Under the pieces are notes generated by a model. That model saw only the letters and a list, made by a program, of their open reading frames with translations. It ran no database searches and was not told where the DNA came from. Shown piece after piece: positions 57,538 to 64,000 of a DNA stretch of 64,000 nucleotides. Location of the stretch: IMG/VR virus record IMGVR_UViG_3300044633_000899, positions 62,001-126,000 of that record, one strand, 5' to 3'. Position numbers and translations under genes: made by a program. Within the stretch, counting starts at the first letter, position 1. The number at the start of each line of letters is the position of its first letter.

Positions 57538-57602
57538 TTTCTTTTGTTTTGTGAAATCATAATTTATTTTTTCTGTGTTGTCAAATATTTATATCAAAAA
57601 AA

Positions 57603-57818
57603 ATGAAATTTGTAAAATACCTCATCATACAATTAATGAACAAGTATGGTTCATTTATATGGTTTGGTACACATTTATCAATGACACAAACAAATTGGCA
57701 TTACTTACTAGAAACTTTTTTATGTATTATTGCTAACTTTTTAATTATTTTTTCGTTATACTTACAATATAAAGATGAACAATATGAAAAACTACAAAAA
57801 ACTAACAATTCCCAATGA
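57603..57818 (+). CDS. small membrane protein
   Basis: Hydrophobic segments. Confidence 0.55.
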   Translation: MKFVKYLIIQLMNKYGSFIWFGTHLSMTQTNWHYLLETFLCIIANFLIIFSLYLQYKDEQYEKLQKTNNSQ

Positions 57819-58374
57819 ACCAATTTGGGATAGAAAAACACCATTAGCATGGTTAAGACGAAATGTTCACTGGCGGATTAGGTATTTCATCGTCGGTTGT
57901 AAGAACGTTGTTAGATGGTTTCCAACAATATTTAAAGATAGAAACTGGGATGGTTGGTTTATATATACAATACTACAAAAAAAAATTGAATACCAAAGAG
58001 AAGAAATAATCTATACGAATAGACACGTTGATGTTGATCGTGATAATCGTGATATGACAATCGTTCTTAATCTACTTGAACGAGTTAAAGAAGACTATTA
58101 TGGTATTGAGTATATTGATTATTATACAAGTAATTACCGTTTTGAACCTATTGAAGGTAAAAAAGAATTATATTCATTAGAAGAAGATTTAATTTCTGAG
58201 AGATATGATGAATTTTTAAAGAAATACCCATCAACAGTTCGTAAGGTTTTAAAAAAGAAAGGTGATTTAGATAAAAAAATATTATGTCATCACGTTGCAC
58301 AATATAATCAAGAAAAAGCACATAACCTATTATTTAAAATCCTAAATGAACGAATGGAATGGTGGTGGGACTAA
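57781..58374 (+). CDS. conserved hypothetical protein
   Basis: RWFP.I.KDR.WD..F. Confidence 0.6.
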   Translation, partial: NMKNYKKLTIPNEPIWDRKTPLAWLRRNVHWRIRYFIVGCKNVVRWFPTIFKDRNWDGWFIYTILQKKIEYQREEIIYTNRHVDVDRDNRDMTIVLNLLERVKEDYYGIEYIDYYTSNYRFEPIEGKKELYSLEEDLISERYDEFLKKYPSTVRKVLKKKGDLDKKILCHHVAQYNQEKAHNLLFKILNERMEWWWD

Positions 58375-58649
58375 GGTATTAGGTCAAAGGATGAGGAAAT
58401 TGTTAGTTGGGTTTTATCCCCAACCACAGACCAAGCACTAACGACTAAAGTTTCTAAACCAATAGGGTATAAATCCACGATGTAATTTGGTTCTGAAACA
58501 AATAATGTTAAATTAATTGTTGTTGCTTTATTACTTCTAACATAAAACAAATTTGTTATAACAACATATGACCCCTCACCAAACATTTTATGTAGTTCTT
58601 TTTTTAACACGGTGTCAAAGAACAATTGAAGATATTTTTTTCGTACCAT
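58371..58649 (-). CDS. hypothetical protein
   Basis: 92-aa ORF. Confidence 0.55.
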   Translation of the reverse strand: MVRKKYLQLFFDTVLKKELHKMFGEGSYVVITNLFYVRSNKATTINLTLFVSEPNYIVDLYPIGLETLVVSAWSVVGDKTQLTISSSFDLIP

Positions 58650-58698
58650 TTAATAAAATATAATTGATTTTTAAAACATTTCAAGGTAATATTTATAT

Positions 58699-59295
58699 AT
58701 GATGAAACATACATTAACTATATTATTAATTTTATTTAATTTGTACACATTTGGACAATGTAATGGTACAACGTCTTTTACATTAACACCACAACCAGTG
58801 AATAACACCTATCAATCAGGTCAAACCGTCACTATGTGTTTTACAATGAATGGCTATACACAAGCAGGGACAAATTGGTTTGAAGGTTTTGACCTTAACT
58901 TGGGTGTTGGTTGGCAAAGTGTGTCACCACAAACAACACCAGCAAACTGTGGTGGTAATAACAGTGGTGGACAATGGGTATGGAGAACCTCCGTGACATC
59001 AACGACAACACCAATTACAACTGTTGGTCCTGGTTATTTCTTTGATTTAAACAACGATGGTAATCCAGGTAATGATTTTGGTGATTCAGGATCTTGTATT
59101 TGGTCGTTTTGTGTTACATTAGTTGTTGCAAACACTTGTACAACACAAAGTTTATTAATCCAAGTAACACCAGGTTCCGATGGTGTATGGGGAAGTTACA
59201 ATAGTTCATCGTGTGATAATGTTACACCAATAAATGTCTTTAACGGAACAATAAACTCGGTACCAATAACACTTGGGCCAATAACACATAATTAA
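58699..59295 (+). CDS. secreted beta-rich protein ending GPITHN
   Basis: Signal peptide ..LYTFG|Q; Thr/Gly/Cys-rich. Confidence 0.7.
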   Translation: MMKHTLTILLILFNLYTFGQCNGTTSFTLTPQPVNNTYQSGQTVTMCFTMNGYTQAGTNWFEGFDLNLGVGWQSVSPQTTPANCGGNNSGGQWVWRTSVTSTTTPITTVGPGYFFDLNNDGNPGNDFGDSGSCIWSFCVTLVVANTCTTQSLLIQVTPGSDGVWGSYNSSSCDNVTPINVFNGTINSVPITLGPITHN

Positions 59296-59297
59296 TT

Positions 59298-59876
59298 ATG
59301 AAAAAACTATTAGTATTTTTAATGATAATGATATCGGGAATAGCATTATCACAATCAACGGTAAACCCAGACACAGTTTGTTATCAATCAACAGCGTTAT
59401 CAACGTATTCCGTACCAAATATTGGTGCTGGAACATACACTTGGACTGTAACAACACCGGGGGTAATAACAAGTGGGCAAGGAACAAGTACAATTTCTGT
59501 TAATTGGTCTACAGCAGCACCTGGATTAATACCAAATGGTGTTTCTGTGACGTATTCATCACCACCACCAGCCAATTGTCCAGCAACACCTGTTACTCTA
59601 AACGTTTTAATCTATAATATTACACCAACAATAACACAAATTGGCCCTTTTTGTGAGTCAGATCCTTGTGTTACATTAAATGGAACACCAATTGGTGGTG
59701 TTTTTAGTGGTGTTGGGGTCAATGGTACACAGTTTTGTCCTGATTTAGTTGCTAATGGTACAAATAATACCTCAACAATAACATATACAATAACATCTGG
59801 TGGTTGTACATTCTCAACACAATCAACTGTTGGGGTTTATGGTACGCCATCATTATCACCAATACAACATAACTAA
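59298..59876 (+). CDS. secreted PKD/Ig-like protein ending SPIQHN
   Basis: Signal peptide ..GIALS|Q; YTWTV..G.ITSGQGT..I.V.W. Confidence 0.7.
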   Translation: MKKLLVFLMIMISGIALSQSTVNPDTVCYQSTALSTYSVPNIGAGTYTWTVTTPGVITSGQGTSTISVNWSTAAPGLIPNGVSVTYSSPPPANCPATPVTLNVLIYNITPTITQIGPFCESDPCVTLNGTPIGGVFSGVGVNGTQFCPDLVANGTNNTSTITYTITSGGCTFSTQSTVGVYGTPSLSPIQHN

Positions 59877-60439
59877 TGAAACTCATTATTTTTATATTAT
59901 TCTTTTGTTCATTTACCTTATTAGGGCAACAAACCTTTGAATTATGTCCTGGTGAGTTAAAAACTGTTAGTTATTTCTCAGAAACTAATAGTATTGGTAT
60001 AAATATATGGTCAGTTAACGGATTAACATACATTGGAGACACCTTAGTATACAGTTTTAATCAACCAGGTGTGTATAATATTGATTTAGTTAGGGAAAAT
60101 GTACTATGTAGGACTGAAGAGTCGTACAATGTCACAATAACACCCTGTATTGGGGTCATTTATTGGATTCCAAACGCATTTACACCAGATAATAACGAAT
60201 TTAATCAAACATTTAGACCTATTTTTAATGATGGGATAGATATTGATGGTTTTTCGTTCACTATTTATAACAGATGGGGTCAATTAATCTGGGAAACAGA
60301 GGATTTGAACGTAAATTGGGATGGAACATACAATAATACTATATGTTCGGATGGTATTTATATCTGGAATCTTAAATTTAACGTAAAAAACAACGATGAA
60401 AAGAGAAATGACCACGGACATATTGTAATAATACGTTAA
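59876..60439 (+). CDS. T9SS type-B sorting domain (gliding motility-associated CTD) protein
   Basis: IPNAFTPDN...N..F.P..F.IYNRWG..I.ET....WDG....DG.Y.W..GHI..IR; signal ..TLLG|Q. Confidence 0.85.
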   Translation: MKLIIFILFFCSFTLLGQQTFELCPGELKTVSYFSETNSIGINIWSVNGLTYIGDTLVYSFNQPGVYNIDLVRENVLCRTEESYNVTITPCIGVIYWIPNAFTPDNNEFNQTFRPIFNDGIDIDGFSFTIYNRWGQLIWETEDLNVNWDGTYNNTICSDGIYIWNLKFNVKNNDEKRNDHGHIVIIR

Positions 60440-60491
60440 AAGTTGACATTTACTCAATTTTTACCTATTTTTTAATAAAAAAGTAATAATT

Positions 60492-60710
60492 ATGGCAGTT
60501 TTAATCGTTTTATGTGTGTTTATGGTAATTTTAATAGGTATGTCAGTGGTTTTTTACCTATGGTGGAAGAAATATGGTAAAAAAATCTTTGATATGGTCA
60601 TAAATCTTAAAAATATCCAAAAAAATACAATGAATACCTTTGATTCTTCTCATTTTAATCAAGAAATGGAAAGAATTAAGAAAATTATGGATAAATATCA
60701 GAAAAAATAG
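60492..60710 (+). CDS. membrane-anchored small protein
   Basis: N-terminal TM; TTGACA-N17-TATTTT upstream. Confidence 0.55.
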   Translation: MAVLIVLCVFMVILIGMSVVFYLWWKKYGKKIFDMVINLKNIQKNTMNTFDSSHFNQEMERIKKIMDKYQKK

Positions 60711-61141
60711 TCGTTTTCAGTGTCAATTTCTTCAATTCTAACGATTTTTACGTTTTTTCCGTTGTTTTTGACTGTAATTTCTCTTTCGTGAGGGTAAAGT
60801 ATGTTATTTTCTATGGTTTCAGACACATTTATTTCATTTTTAGGGATTTTTACCGTAATTATGAAGTATTTTTCACCAAAACCAGTCAAATATGAGTGAT
60901 TTCTTAACAAATCATCCTTATTTTCACCAAAATGTGACCCAATTTCCTTTAAATTGATATCTTTTTCATCATCAACACGTAAAATTCGGTAACCTTTAAC
61001 GATTTCTGGTAGGTTTTTTAACCTATTTATGTGGTATTTTAACTCTTTTTGAGCCTCTTTTTCACTAAAATCCATCGTTTTTAGTGCCGAAATAAGGGTT
61101 TCTCTATTAATAATTTCACTTAAAACAGGTAGTAACTTCAT
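60698..61141 (-). CDS. putative ADP-ribosyltransferase-fold protein with leader-like N-terminus
   Basis: GYRILR (R), IGSHF (S), PHEREI (ExE) in R-S-E order. Confidence 0.4.
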   Translation of the reverse strand: MKLLPVLSEIINRETLISALKTMDFSEKEAQKELKYHINRLKNLPEIVKGYRILRVDDEKDINLKEIGSHFGENKDDLLRNHSYLTGFGEKYFIITVKIPKNEINVSETIENNILYPHEREITVKNNGKNVKIVRIEEIDTENDYFF

Positions 61142-61158
61142 AATATTAAATATAATGA

Positions 61159-61314
61159 TTAAACGGTTTTCTTTAATTGTTTAATTTCAACCTCATATGG
61201 TCCTGTATTTGTTTTATAATTATCATATTTCCAAATCATAATACAATCAGTCATCACATATGTTCGTTCAAACTTCTTTTGTTCTATTGTTTTTTTAGTT
61301 TTTTTATCGTTCAT
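61159..61314 (-). CDS. small protein (51 aa, not in ORF track)
   Basis: MNDKKTKKTIEQKKFERTYVMTDCIMIWKYD..GPYEVEIK. Confidence 0.55.
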   Translation of the reverse strand: MNDKKTKKTIEQKKFERTYVMTDCIMIWKYDNYKTNTGPYEVEIKQLKKTV

Positions 61315-61377
61315 AGTACAAATATAGTAAAAAAAATAAAACCCCTCTTATGGAGGGGAGTAAAATTTAATAAAATG

Positions 61378-61611
61378 TTAATCTTGTGACTCTTTTGTGT
61401 CGTCTTTAAAGAAATTTGTCAGAAATTTACCGACTACACCAAAAACGATTGAGGATACAATCATAATTTTTAATTCGCCAGTACTGAAAATTTCCTTTAG
61501 ACTGTCATATTGCCAAATACCACCAATTGCAATAACTGTTGCTACAGCCAATAAAGAGTCTCCTAACCTTCTCCATTTTTTTGGAGTTGGAGTCCAATAA
61601 TTCTTCATCAT
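61378..61611 (-). CDS. two-TM holin-like membrane protein
   Basis: MMKNYWTPTPKKWRRLGDSLL followed by two TM helices; TATTTAT upstream. Confidence 0.5.
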   Translation of the reverse strand: MMKNYWTPTPKKWRRLGDSLLAVATVIAIGGIWQYDSLKEIFSTGELKIMIVSSIVFGVVGKFLTNFFKDDTKESQD

Positions 61612-61707
61612 ATTTTTATTTATAAATAGTTTGAAAATAAAAAAGGGACAGTAGCGAATTGTCCCCTTTAACATTACCATAACCAGTAATGGTCCTAAGC
61701 AAAATTA

Positions 61708-62238
61708 TTATTGTCCTTTGACTAAATTAATACATTGTTTTAAATATTCTTTTGTTCTTGGTGATGGTGTAAATTCGTCATCCTTTGTTTGTAGATTTAA
61801 AACACGTTCAATATCTTTAACTAATTCTGTACCATGCTCATTTTCCTTATATAACTCAGTAACTTTATCCATCGCCTTACGACATTCATTTGTTGTTTCG
61901 TCATAATAGTGTTTATTTCTAAAACGATTTAAACCATTCATCATTTCGTAAGCCAAATGTGATCCACCATCTTTTATATCTTTAAATAATCTTACATTAT
62001 TTAATATACCTAAAGTATCAACCATTGAGTTAACACCACTTCTTCTTTTTGTCACACCTGGACCATATTTAATATATTCATCTGCAAACCCAACAATTTC
62101 TGTTAAGGGTACAACGTTTTCAGGTAAACATCTTGGTTGTACATCTGTTTTTTTAGGTGATTTTTTTTCTGATTGTTCGGATAAAACTTTACCAATAATT
62201 CTATTAATATCACTCTCGTTTAATCTATATTTTTTCAT
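61708..62238 (-). CDS. leader-bearing hypothetical protein
   Basis: MKKYRLNESDINRIIGKVLSEQ. Confidence 0.65.
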   Translation of the reverse strand: MKKYRLNESDINRIIGKVLSEQSEKKSPKKTDVQPRCLPENVVPLTEIVGFADEYIKYGPGVTKRRSGVNSMVDTLGILNNVRLFKDIKDGGSHLAYEMMNGLNRFRNKHYYDETTNECRKAMDKVTELYKENEHGTELVKDIERVLNLQTKDDEFTPSPRTKEYLKQCINLVKGQ

Positions 62239-62305
62239 AGTAATAATTTAATATGTTTGTTTATTCTACTTTTAAATGTATTTATATTAATAAATATCTG
62301 TTATT

Positions 62306-62920
62306 ATGAGAATTTTAGAAAATATTATTAAAAGAGTTATAAAGGAAGAACTTAGCCCAAAATTAACATTATTAGAAAATGTTGGAATATCGGATAATTT
62401 AAAATATCATATTGATAATAATATTAATCTTTCTGAAACTATCTTTAGAGTTTATTCTGATTCTTATTTTAGTTTAATAAATGAAGTTAGAGAGTTGTAT
62501 TTTAATGATCAGATTAGAGTCCCTAATCGTGATCTTTGGATTATTGAAAGTGATTTAGGTAAATCAGTAATACTTGAAGATGGTAGAAAGATCTGGTTAG
62601 ACGTACCATTTGAAATTGATGAACAATTGAATGAGGCAAAACATAGAGGTAGGGATGTCAAACTAAATAAACCTTTTAGAACACCAGGTGGGTCTAAGAA
62701 ATTTGCTGTTTACGTTAAAACACCTAGAGGAACAATAAAAAAAGTAACATTTGGTGACCCAAATTTAAGAGTTAGAAACGCTAACAAAAAAGCCGCAAAA
62801 TCATTTAGGGCTAGACATAAATGTGACCAGAAAAAAGACAGAACAACCGCAGGATACTGGTCGTGTAATGTGGGTAGATATGCTAAGTCACTTGGGATTG
62901 TATCTAAGAACAAATGGTAG
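62306..62920 (+). CDS. leader + conserved basic phage domain
   Basis: MRILENIIKRVIKEE; KKFAVYVK..KKVTFGDP..SFRARH.C..AGYWSC. Confidence 0.65.
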   Translation: MRILENIIKRVIKEELSPKLTLLENVGISDNLKYHIDNNINLSETIFRVYSDSYFSLINEVRELYFNDQIRVPNRDLWIIESDLGKSVILEDGRKIWLDVPFEIDEQLNEAKHRGRDVKLNKPFRTPGGSKKFAVYVKTPRGTIKKVTFGDPNLRVRNANKKAAKSFRARHKCDQKKDRTTAGYWSCNVGRYAKSLGIVSKNKW

Positions 62921-62959
62921 TGATAAAATCAAATAATTTTTTTTTCAAAAAAATGTAAT

Positions 62960-63241
62960 ATGAACGAAAATTTTCCGTTTAAGGAGATAAATAGGAATGG
63001 TATAAAAAAAAGAACATTTGACGAATCTATTGATGATCACGAATTAAAATGGCATTTTGATGCTAAAGATAGAAAAGTTAAAATTCTTGAATCAGATGGT
63101 TGGCAAATCCAAATGGATAATCAACTACCGAAAATATTAAGTGAGGGTGATACTTTATTTATACCGAAAGGTGTATATCATAGGGTTATTAAAGGTAATG
63201 GTAAACTTGTTATTTTAATTAAAGAAAATGAAAACAGATAA
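62960..63241 (+). CDS. small cupin-fold protein
   Basis: ELKWH.D..DR..GD.LFIPKG.YHRVIKG. Confidence 0.65.
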   Translation: MNENFPFKEINRNGIKKRTFDESIDDHELKWHFDAKDRKVKILESDGWQIQMDNQLPKILSEGDTLFIPKGVYHRVIKGNGKLVILIKENENR

Positions 63242-63578
63242 TTTGGTTGTAAAAAATTTTGATTATTATGAAGAAATAATTAATAAATTTTTAGAAAATA
63301 ACAACTTAGGTATTAATGATGATAATTTTATCGGATTTAAAGTAATTGTTGGTTCACAATATGATGAAATGTCTATTAAGTTGACTGGTGTGTTTAAAGA
63401 TGTATTTAATGAGAAATCCTCAGATACTGCGATGCGTAAAGGTAATGAAGTAAAAAATCTTCTGCACTCTGTGTTCCCATTCACAAAAAATTCTAGAATA
63501 AATTGTAATGCGACATCAACAATCACTCATTATAAAAAATCTTCAGAATGGGAACGAAAGTACCTTAAAGAGTTTTAA
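63228..63578 (+). CDS. hypothetical protein
   Basis: 116-aa ORF. Confidence 0.5.
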   Translation: MKTDNLVVKNFDYYEEIINKFLENNNLGINDDNFIGFKVIVGSQYDEMSIKLTGVFKDVFNEKSSDTAMRKGNEVKNLLHSVFPFTKNSRINCNATSTITHYKKSSEWERKYLKEF

Positions 63579-64000
63579 TCGTTTAATACATACTCAACAG
63601 TACAAAAACAGTCAATTGTATTTGGGTTGCCCCCAGCGTAGGATATGGCACTCTGTATTGATTCTTCAATTTCTGTTAACTTATTAAAAATTGAAACTTC
63701 TTTACAAGGTACTAATTTTTTAATCCCCTCAATTCTATTTGTTTTACCCAATTGTGATGATGATGCGCTACCCCAAAACTCCTTATGACAATCTCCATAT
63801 ATTGCGTTCTTAACCCTTTTACCTGGTGATTCATTGTATCCTGCTAACATACCACCAACCATAACCATTGATGCACCAAGAACAAGACTTTTAATGATAT
63901 CACAATGTTCTTTTATTGAGCCATCAGCGATAATTGGTTTTTTAGCAACCTTAACACAATCTGAAATCATTGCCGCTTGCCACCCACGATTACCAAAACC
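63575..64000 (-). CDS. guaC: GMP reductase (5' part lies outside the window)
   Basis: GFGNRGWQAA, KPIIADG.IK..DI.K....GA.MVM.G.MLAG..ESPG. Confidence 0.8.
   Translation of the reverse strand, partial: GFGNRGWQAAMISDCVKVAKKPIIADGSIKEHCDIIKSLVLGASMVMVGGMLAGYNESPGKRVKNAIYGDCHKEFWGSASSSQLGKTNRIEGIKKLVPCKEVSIFNKLTEIEESIQSAISYAGGNPNTIDCFCTVEYVLND

Noticed and set aside
2641-63526. Numerous 60-105 aa ORFs overlapping longer genes in other frames or on the opposite strand
   Set aside because: Expected by chance in AT-rich DNA; they lack start context and overlap well-supported genes.

Overview
This window is part of a large, AT-rich dsDNA phage genome (jumbo/myovirus-like) read in the standard code 11. 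The host is very probably a Bacteroidota bacterium: the window has TTTG-N19/20-TAnnTTTG promoters, A-rich start regions without Shine-Dalgarno motifs, a T9SS type-B sorting-domain gene and Gln+1 signal peptides. No capsid, terminase or polymerase genes fall in the window. It holds metabolic and host-takeover genes (thyA, guaC, clpP, Dam-like MTase, metallophosphoesterase, AAA ATPase, RNA ligase plus receiver domain, FKBP PPIase, rmlC, a BKACE/acetyltransferase/aminotransferase cluster, SLOG+PRTase). It also holds lysis and cell-wall enzymes, a convergent restriction-modification pair, an HNH endonuclease, tRNA-Glu and an aberrant tRNA-like RNA. Two things stand out. (1) At least 25 otherwise unrelated proteins share one of three N-terminal Glu-containing leaders. 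Many are encoded as self-contained cassettes (TATTTAT promoter, leader gene, CCCCA..TGGGG terminator), and some are fused into polyproteins with internal leaders. This looks like a modular virion-cargo system. (2) Two paralogous genes end in a CRISPR-like unit (36-nt repeat, 30/31-nt spacer, repeat) in which the spacer encodes the variable C-terminal peptide of the protein. All family assignments come from motif recognition by eye; no database searches were run.
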